Source of the DNA: Eledone cirrhosa
Lineage: Eukaryota
Assembly (NCBI GenBank): GCA_964016885.1
Contig: OZ024740.1
Coordinates: forward strand, 89,342,001-89,406,000
DNA: 64,000 nucleotides
Reading direction: 5' to 3'
Numbering within the stretch: position 1 is the first letter of the stretch; every line of letters begins with the position of its first letter. The notes beneath the pieces were generated by a model. That model ran no database searches and was not told where the DNA came from. It saw only the letters and a program-made list of their open reading frames with translations. Shown in pieces: positions 37,959-53,472 of the stretch. Position numbers and translations under genes: made by a program.

Positions 37959-40934
37959 GTAGTACACAAATGCATGTTGTCATATGCTTTAAAGACCTCG
38001 ATCTATTTCCTACGAAAGTGATATTTTATACATACAAGCTATTTCGTCGCACTTTTTGGAAACCCTAATATGAATGGTCCCTGAAATAATGTCATGTGGA
38101 GTTCTTTCCATCTTTTCTCCATTCCCCCTTTTGAGTAATTTATTAAAATATACTAAATAACCATTTCGATAAGGAACCTTCTCAACGTTTGATCGTCTTT
38201 GATTATATATATCTTAACATTACGTTATCTTCTGAAATGTTACAGTTACGTTCAATGATATTAACACCATCAGTCTAAATATGAACAGCTAGTAGGAAAT
38301 ATTGATTTCATCAGGATAAACGATATAGTCTTCTTCGGAGGGTATTCAACATATATTTTACATCCCACGATTAATTTCAACTGGGAATGGAGCAAAGAAA
38401 TCCAGGTTTCCACCAGAGTATAATGTCAAATTGAATTTGGGTAAATGCATTCAGAACATTGGAATATTGATATTACTTTGAAAGTCAGTAATTATTGATT
38501 TATCTCATATAAGCAAAGCAAAATTGCCGAAAGGATGTAATCGATATATTGACACGAGCAATGGGTACGTATATTACAGTGTTTTCCTTCAGTAATCTCA
38601 AAGATAATGTTGTCTCCGGAAATATTTGATTACTGATAGCAAAGGGATGCATTTAACGGATGCAGATATTGTTATTCGGACGACACACTACCACCTCCAC
38701 GACGTGCTATAACAACTCCGAATAATGCCTCTAAACTCTTATAGATTCTCACACATAAATTCTCTATGTGATAAGGATTTTCATCCACATGATTTCCGCA
38801 AAACTAGGCTGAAACGCATTTGTATATGATCTGTAAACCATGGCATGATACATTGCAAGAGTAAGAAATGCATACCATCACTATATAATTTGTCTTTCCA
38901 TAATACAAATGACGATATGAGACAAATGTGTTTAATGTTGTTTTGGAATTATTCATTGATAGTTATAGAAATATCATGACTTGTAAATTAAATATGTTGG
39001 TATCTATGGATGTGGAAAGAAAAGGAAAAAAGAGAAAAATGTGGGAGATACAATCATTATTTGTCAAAACATGAATATAATTATCTTTAATTGGACTAGT
39101 AACATAGACCACTGAACATTCTGCAGTATTTACAAACTGTGTGATGTCCAGGTGGAGAGATCCATCCTATTGCCCAATTGTTGTATTGATACATGATGAA
39201 TTGTAAGCCTATCAACTGGACATTACCCAGTATTTATGATGCTGGATTCACTATTGTAACGTCATCGTAAAACTTCTTAATCTGGGAGCATTAGTATGTC
39301 CTTCAGTTAGATACTTCATTTATCCTTTCTCCATATCACTCGGCAGAAAATATTTACCAGTGACACTTGTCTGCAGCCCTACAACAGACTTGAGTTCATT
39401 CTAGAGAGGATTTTCAACTGTCCCACGCTTAACGTCAAATCAAACTGGGATATGTTCCATGGAACAACAAAAGTAAAAGTAAATGACACTTATCTCGCTT
39501 CGACAATGGTTACCATTATTGGAATCCACTCCATTGAAACTATTCTGACATGAATTATATTTGATTCACGGAGAAGTTAAATGTTGTGTGGCACATATTT
39601 CGCCTCTTTACCTAAAATCTATAATAATTGCAGCATTATTTCTCAAATGGTGCTACTGCTAACTCGGAGAAATATATTGCAAATATTTATTTGTTGACTT
39701 CATCATTGTGATTTTAGTTCCTTGACAATCGATCGATTGTGGTCACTTTTCTGCTGTGTTCACCTTAGCTGATAGTAATATATGGGTAGTGAGCCTATTG
39801 TTTAATATTTCGGTTTTAAATAGATATATATTATGTATTTCAAACGTATTTGTATTCATGGCAGAAATCAAATAACTAGAAAATTGTTCTAAGGAATATA
39901 AGAGATGAAACCTGAAATATAATCTCTCTTGTCTAACATGGGTTTAATAAGCCATATTTGCCATCTACCAAACTAAAGTAGGAGAAAAAAAATTACTAAA
40001 GGATATCAAACATATACCTTAATCAATATACATACATGGATTACAGTTCAGCGAGCAATGCGCATAAATCTCGTGCTTAATACACAGAAATATTAGAATG
40101 CCTGATAGGTGAACAGTTCTCTGAAGACATTTGCATGAATATAGTAAAAATGCATAAGTCCTGAACAAATAACTTTAGTTGAGGAAATATATTGGAATGA
40201 AGAATCTTCAGACTCTTCCCAGAGAATCTACCTAAGTAATCTCTTCCTTTCCTGTCGTTCCCTATCCAAGTCCACAAAACGCTATCCGATACATCCTTAT
40301 ATTCAGAAGCATGGGCACGTATACTCTGAAAAAAGAGAACCAATTCCCCACATGGCTCACAACTCTGAAAGCCATCTACGTTGAGCTACGTAGCACTGGT
40401 ATTATTTTCTTTTCTGCAGGTGTTACATATAGTTGTCTTCGCCATTTTAACAACTGTGGGTTTTCTGTTGGTATCAAGACATTTACCAGACATTTTATCT
40501 TTTGCTACTGCTGTAGAATCTCCGTCAATGGCGGCATCCAGCTATATTAAAACTTTGAAAATAAACAGCCGTAAAACTTCCGCAAGTGAGCAATCTCTAA
40601 ATCACTATGCCCTGATTTAAAGGCAATTATTTCAGCGTGCATTTTCATATGACTTGCAAGCTTAACGTTTTTCATAATTTATATGAAACAAAATGACAAA
40701 ATGATAATAAGAATTAGTTAGGAAAAGTTAGGACTAATAAAGAGCGTGTTCGCAAAGAAATGAACAGCGCGGTATATATAACCGTATATAATTCATAGGA
40801 TTGAGGGGCGTCAAATACTGAAGTTCTGTAACAAAATATAGACCATATAATGAAAAGGATACAATGCAGACAGAATAGTAGGCATTATCCAACGAAGCCG
40901 TATATATGTATGTATGTATGCATTCATGTATGTA

Positions 40935-40975
<41 letters not shown>

Positions 40976-43476
40976 AGCAAAAAAGCGTTGGTAAAATCCA
41001 ATACATCAGTATGCGGATAGGGAGCACTCAACGAAGATATAAATTCCGGAGTTATAATAGTGACGAAACATAAGTCAATTGTATGAACTTATAATCCCTT
41101 ATTTACCTCGATATATATTTCGATGATAGCCATTGTATCACAAAAGTAGGGTGTTATATATATCACAACCTACTTTTGTCTAGTCTAAACAATCATTTTT
41201 CTTTTTTACAAACACCCACTTTCCTTTTCTTTAAAAATAACACCCACCTCATTTTATCTCTGCCATATACTTGGGCCTCTTTTGTGTGTACATACATATA
41301 TATACGCATCTGTATGGATGTGTATGTGTAGATGTGTGTGTGTGTCTGTGGGGGTGGGGGTGAGTGTATGTACAAGTCAACCAACATAAGTCTTTTTATA
41401 TGTAAACATCCAAATAAGTTAAGATAATGTGCATTATGATAATGTGCATTGAAATTGAATTACCCGTTAGATTGATTGTACCATCTAAATCGACCATGGA
41501 ATACTCAGCAAGAATATTTTGGATAGAATCATACCACAACTTAAGGAAATATTTTATTTAAAATTATGGAATTGGACTAATGAAGTCATTGACTGGTTTA
41601 AGGCCATTAAATATAAACATAACAATAAATTCATTCAATTGGATATTGCTAATTATTACTCATCTATCACTCCTAATCTACTTAATAAAGCCCTTACATA
41701 TGCATTTAAATATACAGATTTAACTAGCAATGAAATGCACATTATCTTAACTGCACGTAAAACATTAATTAAATTTAAAACCACCTTTGGACTAGAGCAG
41801 GTAGGAATAACAATTTCGATATCACTATGGGATCATCGGACTCGGCGCAATTAACGGATCTTGTAGGGATTTTTATTAACAATACTTTTCATAGGAAAAT
41901 ACCGGAGATAACCGGTGGTTTATATCGTGACGATATGCTATTACTTATTGAAAATAATAATAAATGTGAAATAAATAGGAAAAGAAAATAAATTATACAA
42001 TTTTTTAATAGCGTTAATCTTAAAGTAGAAGTAGGGAATAATAATAATTATAAAATAGTTAATTTTTTAGATGTAACTTAAACCTTAATACTGGTCTTTA
42101 TTATCCATTTCATAAAATAAATGAGAATTTAAACTATTTTACCTTTAATATAATGAAGCGTTAGGTAGAGCAGGCTATAATAATGAAATTAAATACATTG
42201 ACAATAAGGATGTGTCAATTTACCATAACTATAAATATAATTATATTAAGAAACATTGTACTAACGCGAAAATCAAAAGAAAAAATAGAACTAGAAATAT
42301 ATTATGGTTCCCTCCCCCTTTCTCATTAAGTATTACAACTCCCATAGCTAAATTATTCTTTAGAGCTCTAGATAAGTGCTTTCCTAAGACTCACAGGTAT
42401 TACTCAATCTTTAATAGACATACTATTAAACTCTCATATTCCTCCACTATGAATTTAGCACAGAATATTAATAGAATTAATAATAGAAACTTAAAATCTA
42501 ACCAGATTAGCATTAATAACCCTAGCAATATCCAATATAATGCTACGGCTCCCAATAATATAAACTCAGATAAATGTAATTGTAGAAATAAATCTAACTG
42601 TCCTCTAAATAATAATTGTTTAGTTAAAAATATAGTATACAATTGTAATGTCAAAACAAATGAAAACTGCTTTAACTATGTCGGATCTACTTCCACAGAC
42701 TTCAAATCTCTCTTTAATAACCATGAATGTTCCCTACGAATATTGGTAAACAATCTTCAACTTCTCTATCTAACTTATTATGGATACTTGAAATCCAAGA
42801 ATATTAACTATTCTTTACTTTGGAAATTATTTCCAAATATCCTTCATACACGGCTCTATCCAAAAATTGCTCCCTTTGCATTGAAGAAATATTCTTTATA
42901 ATAAAAAGTAAGAACTCTATTAATTTACGGAATAATTTATTTAGTTCATGTAAACATCGTTTAAACTCAACTTTTAAATATATATATAAAATGTAATATA
43001 TGATTTATCTCCTTTACATAATGTTTTCTATATCTGTATATGATTCATATATATTTATTTACTTTCTATTACCTCTACGTTTATTTGACTGGTTGAAATT
43101 TCTTTAAGAAACATTTTTCTTGAAAAACTTACAGAAGGTTTTAGGAAAAATATTTTGAAAATATAGGAAAACGATTATTTTCATACCTTCCAATATATTT
43201 ATATCTTCAAATATTTTAATATTTTAATATTTTTATATCTTCAAACGTTTTTAATATATATATCCAATTGTTTATATACATGTGAAAAAACATGTTTTTT
43301 ATGTATAGGTTTTTATATATATATGTGGAATAAACTTTGGTTTATGCTTTAAATGTATCCTTAAGATAACATTTTTTAAATTCTTTAACTTTTTTTAACT
43401 TTATAGCAAGTAAATTTATGACTTAGTATAAAGTAACATATGGTTCATGTTTTAATTATATTATTAAGATAAACAT

Positions 43477-43536
43477 AACGTACCAGTAATGCACTGGGTA
43501 ATTGCTGGCCTTGTACCTAAAGTAGAAACAATTATT
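43477..43536 (+). mobile_element. 5'-truncated SINE tail nested in the PLE UTR
   Basis: gtaccagtaatgcactgggtaattgctggccttgtacctaaagtagaaacaattatt. TSD ttattaagataaacat / ttattaaaataaacat. Confidence 0.85.
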
Positions 43537-44364
43537 AAAATAAACATTTTTTAACTTTTTAACCTTATAACATCTAATCCTTGGAGTCATCTGAGATCTT
43601 CAAAAATAACTTCTAACTTCCGTTACACTTCCTTACGGTTTTTATGATATAATTAATGGGTTATTCCTTTGTAAACTCTCGTAAATTTTTCATAAATTTA
43701 GAATTATTTGGATGTTTAAATTTTGACTTACAACTTTTAATAAAATAAACTATACTAGATTTTCTCTAATGTAAAATACAGTATATTTATTTAAATAATT
43801 TATAATCCTTAACATACACATTTAAACTAATTATTAATATTAAATTATTAAATTAAATCTTTTATATTAAGGCAAATTTTAATCTTTAATTTTGATTTCT
43901 AATTTTTAATCTTAATCTAATTTTTCAACCTATCATTATAAGTACCTTTTCAAAACATAATGAACCATGCATTATAAATATTATTCTTCCACGTTAATAT
44001 TATCTCTTCTTTCACCTAGATATACTTACGCTGTGTATATTTATCCTTTGAAATTTATTTTTTCATGCACTCCATCTTCACTATCAATATATATAATCGT
44101 TTTTCTTTCCTCTTCTATCTTTCTCTTTTTTCTTTTTTTCTTTTTTTTTCTTTTTTTTCTCTCTCCCTTACATATCATCTTCTTCCAACAGTTTAATTCA
44201 AATAAACCGTTATCTTTTCAACCTTTGGGACACTCAATTGCATACTCACTCATAACTTTATATTACCCTCAATAAATGTACTATCTCCACTATCCAGGAT
44301 GCTCAAACCGTTAAGGTTGTCTTTTTTTCCGGGTATGTCAGTATTTATTTATAAACCAAATCTG

Positions 44365-44430
44365 TATTTTATCTGATGAAAGCGCACCATAATTTACCTT
44401 GGTTGCCCTTGAAATATGTATAATAAAATA
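44365..44430 (+). ncRNA. Type I hammerhead ribozyme in the PLE 3' end
   Basis: UAUUUUAU-CUGAUGA-AAG..CUU-GAAA-UAUGUA-UA-AUAAAAUA. 8-bp helix I. Confidence 0.85.
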
Positions 44431-45329
44431 AATATGGTTTTATAAATACAGTTTCCATTTATTAATATATTGTGTATTTATTCCACTAACTTGTTGAGTG
44501 CATTATATCAGTTATAAAATGGTTAAGCTTGGTGAATCCCAACAAATTAAATACAACCTCTGCATATATACATATGTGCGTGTGTGTGTGTGCGTGTGTA
44601 TGTGTGATAGTGTATGTGTGTATTACGTAATTCCGAACGAAAAGCAAAGGAAAAAAGAGTGTTCTATGTATAGCACAGAGCTATTTAATCAGAAGGTGAA
44701 CAACACAAAATATAACTACTACATTACCAAAGGTTTCTGGATCACAGTTGGTAATAATATAATATACACCTGTATCGGTCATCAGACAGAGATGTTATCG
44801 ATAACAGATATGAAATGAGATTTAAAATCTATTGAAAATTGGAAGTGTAGCTTGAGAGATAACGGGAAATGTACATAAGGAAAGAAGGCTAAGAAAAATA
44901 ATATATAAAAGAGAAAAATATATAGCAATATTGAAAAAGACATATGTGGACATCCATATACACACACACATACACACATTCAGATAAAAGGAGAACAAAA
45001 ATATATAGATATATATATATATACAAACATACATGGACATACACATATACATATATACAGGGACATACACATATACACACGCATAAATATAGGTACGCGC
45101 ACACACGCACACACACACACACACACACACATATAAAACATATATGGTTGGTTGTATGTATATATGTATTTATGTGTGAGGTTATCTTCGTGTGTTCATT
45201 TGTAATTGTTCATGCTGCAAGCTGCTTATACTTCCAAAGGACACCTACATGCATGTATCTATTTGTAGTGTTGCGTATGTGATTGTAGTTTGGAATAACC
45301 CTACGTGTGTGACGTCTCCGTAACATTTC

Positions 45330-45403
<74 letters not shown>

Positions 45404-45614
45404 TCGCATATGCATGTTTTTGCAGACTAGTGTGTCTATATGCTTGTGTATGTGCCCTCACTTCCAATTTTTAACAGATTTCAAATCTCCTTTCATATCT
45501 TTTAACTATAACATCTCTGTCTGGCGACCGATCCAGACGTAATTTTACATTACTATCGTCTGTGATCTAGAAACTGTTGGTAATGGAGTAGTTATATTTT
45601 GTGTTGTTCACCTT

Positions 45615-45692
<78 letters not shown>

Positions 45693-45847
45693 AGTATGTA
45701 TCTATACGTACATACATATATACATACAGACGTACAGTAGTATGTATATATATACATACATGCAAACATATATATATGCACGTATCGGTTTTACCGAACA
45801 TTTATTATAATGCTCGGTTTGTTTAATGTATAATGCTCGGTATATAT

Positions 45848-45944
<97 letters not shown>

Positions 45945-46134
45945 GTTCATGGAAACGACAAAACAGAGGTACGAAAGTCTTATTAGTTTTACGATTCATA
46001 AGTAAAAGGGGAAAATATGTTCGCCGTGTCACATTTTAGCCTTTCTTCAGAAGTACAAAAATACAGACGAGATCATAAAGAGTAAATACAGTACATAGAA
46101 GGTTTTTCTGTAGTAAGAAAAAAAAAAGGAAATT

Positions 46135-46314
46135 AATTGTTTCTACTTTTGTCACAAAGCCAGCAATTACCCAGTGCATTACTGGTACTTTATTTTGTCG
46201 ACCCCGTAAGAATGAAAGGCAAAGTTCACCTCGGCGGGATTTGAACTCAGAATGGCAAGTAACTCTTTGCTGCAGAGCATGGCATTAGACCCTCTACCGA
46301 TACTGACAATCCAC
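46135..46314 (-). mobile_element. tRNA-derived SINE
   Basis: Family match. ggaaattaat is repeated on both flanks. Confidence 0.9.
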
Positions 46315-46735
46315 AATAATATGATGGAAATTAATGAGAGTAAACAAGACAAACCATTAGGTAGTCTTGGTAAGGAATGTGGAGCCTGAAGTGTAATGTA
46401 TTAGTGTCGATATTATTTGTGCGTGTGTGTGTATGTTTAAACGTATTTTTATAATAAGAGTTTCGATCGATATCCAGTGACTTCGATCTCGTTGTTTATA
46501 ATTTAGTCAACAGACTCATTTAGAGCACATGTATAGGATTCATTTCCAAACAAACGACTAAGCTTCAGAAACATTATAATTATTGTATGGCGAGATTACA
46601 TGAAAACATTATAGTTCTCAGTTTCATCAATTGTAACGGCCAGTATCCTCCTAGTATAGCAAACAAAAATCCGCAGTTATGTACACACGGACGGCGGGGA
46701 AATCACCGACACTATATGTAATGCAAAATCATTAA

Positions 46736-46846
46736 ATAATTGTTTCTACTTTAGGTACAAGGCCAGCAATTACCCAGTGCATTACTGGTACTTTATGTTA
46801 TCGACCCCGTAAGGAAGAAAGGCAAAGTCAACCTCGATGAAATTTA
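46736..46846 (-). mobile_element. 5'-truncated SINE
   Basis: Tail and central block only. Confidence 0.85.
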
Positions 46847-47397
46847 AAATACACAAGAACACAATCGAAATAACCTCATATTAATGCACACTGAAATCTA
46901 AAATATATCTAATTCATATTGTTAATTTGTAAGTTGTATATTGCAGACAGTTTAAAATATAATAGATTTAACAACATACTATTCTAATTCGTGAATCGTA
47001 AACAATTTTATCTGAATAAAATATATAGAACATATGAAATCAATAATCTTTAGATAAATATGTGTATATAGGCTAAAGCAGCTGATAGTACATTACTAAA
47101 ATAGGATACAGAGAAATAAAAATATTGACATTCAACAAAAAAGACAAAATGTAATGCTGTCACCACACAATATCCACAAAGTGTGCACATATACACATTC
47201 AGAATTTACAATTTTATATTTTTCGGTATACCACCTGTGTAAAATAGAACTCAGAAGAAGACATTTGAAAAATGCATGTGTAGGCAAAATTTAGATATAA
47301 AAACTATCTACAGAAATATATTACAATCGCAAACTTCGTTGTAGATTAGTATTCTTTGCATCCTGGTTCTATTTGTTAGTGTCACATAATGTACACA

Positions 47398-47546
<149 letters not shown>

Positions 47547-48448
47547 ATCATTGGTTAGATATTACTTTCGGATTGCTATTTCCCTTGCCTTGGGACGTTT
47601 ATCATATAGAACATTCACACTATTTCCATTATTCCATTAGAAGTCGGCAAACATTGAATTTCCAGTCTAACCAATTTGATATGATGTTTATTTCACCGCA
47701 CTCCAACATTGCATACTTATTCTTTCTGGAGCAAGCTCTGTGCTTGGTTCGATATTTGAAAAGTATCCATTATCTGAAATGACCATCCAAGTAGTCAACA
47801 GCAACAAAGAACAGATTACCATATTACTATCAGTATTCGCACAGATACACTCACCATCTATATGCCATTATAATACACTAGAACGGATATGCGACTAAAC
47901 ACATTACCCTATTTATAAATAAAAAATATACTATATTCCAAGCACAACTTCTTAGGCTGAGAAAGATGCAATTTGACAAATAATATAAGTTTTAGAAATG
48001 ATCGGTACATTGCTTCGCACCATTGATCAATGCCGCCAATGTTATGCCTTGCTAGATGAAATTTCTAATCAAAAGAACGTAAACATTCACATGTGGAATT
48101 CAGATAGCAAGTGATTATAGCATGTCCTCGGAGGCAATACGAATCCGTTAATCGTAAACACGGTCCAACCTTATTCTATAAGTGATATTACCGTGATTCA
48201 TACGATGTCCAAATATATTTATGATTTATCAGTGCTTCTCTACTTCACAGGTTCTCCATGAGTGCTGGGAGATACTGGTGTTCAGGTTGTCAACTTTATC
48301 AAAACATATAGCTTTAATATCTTACAGTTGCTATTCTCTGTAATATGGATTCTATTTAATGATTCTACACACTGCATTGGACAATGGTAATATACAGAAA
48401 AGGTCAGAACAACACAGAATGATTCATGTAACATCCCAATGTTCGTTA

Positions 48449-49160
48449 GCCTACTTCTCTTCAAATTGTAAATAGCTAAGCATATCACAGAATCAAAAAC
48501 AAAAAAAAACATTGATATGGAGTCTGTGTCTATTCACAAGTGTATGGTATGCAAATCGAAGAGGGGAAACATTATAAGTCAAAAATATCAAACTGAATTA
48601 CGATTGATGACCGTAAAGTAGTTAAGTTACAGACGTAATATTATACGAAACTTGCTGAAACCTGTTAAAATCAGAAATGACGGACAATACAATCAATTAA
48701 TTAAGCACACACTAAAAATATTTTAAGAAATATTTCATAAAAGAAATTAGGTTGCTGTAGTTGTAAATTAATGATAAATATGTTTACAAGAGAATAACTT
48801 TGTTTATAACACTAGACATATCATACATAATGTAGACATCATATAAAACTAGTAGATTTACCATGTTAAACACATTAAATTAGATGTAGTTTAAAACTGT
48901 ATTAAAAAGAAGATCAAATGTGAATATCGCATGAGTTCTATATGACGTGATATTTTGACACTATTAATTTGAATGCAAAGTAGTTTGAACTTAAGGACAC
49001 CTGCTAAGATTAAGTCGAAATGTAACTGAATTGTTTTCAACATTCTTACAAACGGAATATGTACAATTCATCAGAATTAATTCATTTCTAAACATACACA
49101 TAGATAGTTCAGAGTGGGATACACATATTCACACACTGACCCCTATATACTACCACCCAT
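48449..49160 (+). repeat. ~700-bp unclassified repeat, with an inverted copy at 51945-52512 and a partial direct copy at ~51427-51635
   Basis: Direct alignment by eye. The inverted copy lacks ~48851-48990, with aact microhomology at the deletion. Confidence 0.88.
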
Positions 49161-49170
49161 ATATATATAT

Positions 49171-51082
49171 AGATAAAGAGAAGAACTTCATGTAATGAAA
49201 CAGAGAAAAATATATATATAACAACTGCTTAGTTAAAAATATAATATACAACTGTAATGTTAAAACGGACGTTAATTCTTTTAACTACGTTGGTTCTACA
49301 TCGACGGAATTTAAACTTCGCTATAACAACCACAAGAATTCTTTCACAGATCCATCCAAAAAATCTTCAACAGCACTATCAGGCGTACTCTGGCAACTTA
49401 GGCATGATAACGTTAGATATTCGACGACTTGGAATATAGTTTCAAGGGGGATTCCTTTTAATTCATCCTCTGAGACATGTGACCTCTGTGCGGAGGAGAT
49501 ATTCTTTATACTAAAATCTAAAAATTCCCTTAATCTACGGACAAATTTATTCAGTTGCTGCAGACATAGATTGAACTCAACGTTTAAATATAAATTTAAA
49601 TTTAAAATGTAGTTATGTTTGATTTGATTTGTAATTATTTATGAAACTAGCCGATAAATCTTTCGATTTCTTCTTTTTATTAAAACTTTCTTTTTATTAA
49701 AACATTCTTCATGAATAATTAAACTACCCTAAAAGCTGATGCTCCAAATATATCGAATTAAATTTTAAACTAGATAAACTTCTATATTAAATATAAGAAC
49801 ATATGTAGACCAAATGGGTATCCTAAACTTTTGGAATGATTTCTGCTAGACAGGATTTGGTAAACAATTTTTGTTTTATCTGTTTCGACTCTGGCAATAT
49901 ATTGTCAATTAACTTTGAAAGGCTGATCTCTGTGTTTTATTTGTATTATTTTTTAATATTTTTTAATATTTTGTAATATTTTTTATTTTTAATATTTTGT
50001 AATATTTTTTATTTTTAATATTAAATGTTTTAGTTTTCTGTTTATTTATTTATTTTCTTGTCTCTGATATTTTTATTTTTATTTTTATTAATATATTGAA
50101 ATCTGTTCTCTATTTCTGCTTGATCGACAATCATGTAGAATAAAGACAAGAATAGTATTGTTAAAATTAACATAGACTCTATATATATGTGTATATATAC
50201 ACACATATATGTATACTTGAATTTTTATAGCACAATGAGAATGTTTTCGTGTGAATTGGGAGTTTGTTTATAATTATGATATAAACATATGAATTTTTAA
50301 AAACTAGACATAAGATCATTACTTTTCACACATTATAGATACATGTCTCATTCATGAATACTGGTATTTACATTATAATGCCTGTTTTATACGAACTAAT
50401 ATTTTCTACGGGATAAAACATAGCGGTTTTAAATTCTGCATCGTTTATGTCTGGTTATGTTTCATTTTCTCTTTTTCATTTTCTCTTTTTTCTCTCTATA
50501 TAACGGCTATTTTCTCTCTTAACTACAGACATCTCTCTTTACATTAATACTAGAGCTAAATAAATAAATAAATAAATAAATAAATGTATCAACCGATACT
50601 CAACTTCCTAGTTTCTCTATCTATCTCTATCTATCTCTTTCTTTTTTCCTCTCTCTCTATATATTTCTCTCTGTTTCTTTACATGAAGTTCTTCTCTTTA
50701 TCTATCTTTCTATATATCTCTATTTAGTCACATGCATTTCTTCTTTTTCTTCGTTTCTCTTTCTTTCTCTCTTTATCTCTTTCTTTTTACAACTGTCCAC
50801 AATATTTTTTACTGCCAAATCAACCTCCCAAATGCAAGGTGATTGAAAGGTATGTCGTATCTATTTATTTATAAGACTGTTTATATTGTATTTTGTCTGA
50901 AGAAGGCATAACATATTGTTAATATGATATCCTTGAAATATATATAACGAAATAAATATGGTTTTATAAATATAGTTTCCATTTATTTAATATCATAAAT
51001 ATACTCCAAATACTTGTTGAGTGCTTTTATATCAGTTATAAATATTTACTCGTTGTTAACCCAACAATTTAAATATAACTTT

Positions 51083-51085
<3 letters not shown>
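49171..51085 (+). mobile_element. Hydra-like PLE 3' fragment (same family as 41420-44562)
   Basis: YNCNVKT..YVGSTSTEFKLRYNNHK..CDLCAEE..CCRH ending at ~49610. 3' end homologous to 44330-44560. Short 5' inversion 49171-49218 matches 50658-50703. Confidence 0.85.
50889..50954 (+). ncRNA. Type I hammerhead ribozyme in the PLE 3' end
   Basis: UAUUUUGU-CUGAAGA-AGG..CCUU-GAAA-UAUAUA (palindromic)-UA-ACGAAAUA. Confidence 0.85.
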
Positions 51086-51127
<42 letters not shown>

Positions 51128-51139
51128 CAATGAATATAA

Positions 51140-51400
51140 CACCACTGACGATGTTGCAGATGTGCAACGAAAGATTTATGTAAATTATGTAAACTATATA
51201 TATGTGTTTGTGTCTATATTGTATCTGTATTATTTTTGACCGCCGGTCAGTCAATGGCAGCATTGAGGACCGAGTAAGTTAGATCGCAGATATATATATA
51301 TAAAAGACAGCGAGAAGCGAAAACCAACCAAACAGTGAGTGTGTTCTGTTATTAATTCTGGCAATATTACGCAAATATGACCCTCCCCAAATATAACAAT
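51140..51400 (-). repeat. Inverted copy of the 22676-22926 repeat
   Basis: Reverse-complement match. Confidence 0.85.
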
Positions 51401-51634
51401 GTATATATATATATATATATATATATGTTTGTGCAGCCTTCCTCTCTTCAAATTGTAAATAGCTAAGCATATCACAAAATAAAAAAAAAAACATTGATAT
51501 GGAGTCTGTGTCTATTCACAAGTGTATGGTATGCAAATCGAAGAGGGGAAACATTGTAAGTCAAAAATATGAAACTGAATTACGATTGAAGACCGTAAAG
51601 TAGTTAAGTTACAGACGTAATATTATACGAAACT

Positions 51635-51670
<36 letters not shown>

Positions 51671-51870
51671 TTACAATAATCAAAGTTCAGTTTAAATCAT
51701 TTTTTTGCTTACAATTGTAAGCAAACAACCGATGTTATTACATTGAGCTATTTATCTTACTGGTAATAAGATAGTAATTAATGACTATCTTTCACTATTT
51801 GGGGTTTGTATTAAAAATATATAACCATAAAAGGTTTTATTACATACATAACCATAAATAGTATCCTTAA

Positions 51871-51944
<74 letters not shown>

Positions 51945-51946
<2 letters not shown>

Positions 51947-52512
51947 GGGTGGTAGCGTATAGGGGTCCGTGTGTGAATATGTGTATCCCACTCTGAACTA
52001 TCTATGTGTATGATTATAAATGAATTAATTCTGATGAATTGTACATATTCCGTTTGTAAGAATGTTGAAAACAATTCAGTTACATTTCGACTTAATCTTA
52101 GCAGGTGTCCTTAAGTTTTATATGATGTCTACATTCTGTGTCTACGTCTAGTGTTATAAACAAAGTTATTCTCTTGTAAACATATTTCTCATTAATTTAC
52201 AACTACAGCAACCTACTTTCTTTTATGAAATATTTCTTAGAATATTTTTAGTGTGTGGTTAATTAATTGATTGTATTGTCCGTCATTTCTGATTTTAACA
52301 TGTTTCAGCAAGTTTCGTATAATATAACGTCTGTAACTTAACTACTTTACGGTCATCAATCGTAATTCAGTTTGATATTTTTGACTTATAATGTTTCCCC
52401 TCTTCGATTTGCATACCATACACTTGTGAATAGACTCAGACTCCATATCAATGTTTTTTTTTGTTTTTGATTCTGTGATATGCTTAGCTATTTACAATTT
52501 GAAGAGGGGAAG
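51945..52512 (-). repeat. Inverted copy of 48449-49160
   Basis: Reverse-complement match with a ~140-bp deletion. Confidence 0.88.
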
Positions 52513-52521
52513 GTTGCACAA

Positions 52522-52583
<62 letters not shown>

Positions 52584-52618
52584 GGGGGGGTATATATATA
52601 AATACATATATATGTATG

Positions 52619-52669
<51 letters not shown>

Positions 52670-53307
52670 ATGTATATATAACGGCCTAATGCCGATGACA
52701 ATGTATCGGCACGCGTAGTGGACGAAATAGCTTACCGCCTCTTCTAGAACTAACATGACATCAAGACCCGGGTAACTGTATAAAATTAATAACTTGTAAG
52801 TCCATTTGTGAACTGTTTTTGTCTATGCATGGATATTCCAATTGTGCTTACTATACCTTCTCCTTCTTCTCCAAACCACACACCCAGTATCTTTATATGG
52901 CGTCCCGTTGGAATGAAGTTATTCTCTTGTGCAAAGTTGATGTGACCATAATTTTGCCGTATTGGAAAGTAATTTAGCCAACTATATTCTCGGGATTAGC
53001 GATTTTTAGATGTAATCATTTCTCAAATTAAAGAAGCACTTGTAAACATTATGTAATAAATGCTATTCTTGTATTTTGAACGATGTATTCGTGCAACCTA
53101 TTTTATACATTTAATTACTCCACGGATTCCCAGTTTTGGTACCTACGGAAAAGCACCCGGGGAGCAACATCAAACGGTAATTTACATGTTGAGTCAACTG
53201 ACCCAGTACTCGATTCACATTACTGAGATTCATCGATTAAAATAAGAAAAACCGATTACTAATATATCTCATATATATATATATGTATATATGTATGTGT
53301 GTATTAA

Positions 53308-53472
53308 AAAGTAAAGAGAAATAACAACACAATCGGTACAGTTAAAGGAAGGGATATATTAGATTAAAGCTTGATATTGCAGGAAGAGGGTCTTAACGTT
53401 TCCGACGTTAGTCCTTTATCAGAAGAAAGAATAAGAAATAAGATACATTGAGGGGACGGGCGGATTGGGATT
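53308..53472 (-). mobile_element. Solo PLE pseudo-LTR fragment, copy of 6624-6792, with mutated hammerhead
   Basis: Minus strand UCUU-CUGAUAA-..-GAAA-CG-UU-AAGA (53391-53425). G8 to A in the core. Confidence 0.65.

Larger units (their letters stand above)
41420..44562 (+). mobile_element. Degenerate Hydra-like PLE: RT, GIY-YIG, long AT-rich 3' UTR with hammerhead
   Basis: VRLIVPSKS, QLDIANYY, MGSSDSA, GGLYRDD, WFPPPFS, CNCRNKSNCPL, YVGST, CSLC..E..CKH, with frameshifts. ORF remnants end at ~42995. Confidence 0.85.

Noticed and set aside
37759-38068. Poly-K, poly-R and poly-F ORFs
   Set aside because: Frames of the (GAA)n tract.
38700-40620. Slightly GC-richer, coding-looking region
   Set aside because: No motif or sustained ORF recognised on either strand. 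A BLASTx search is needed.
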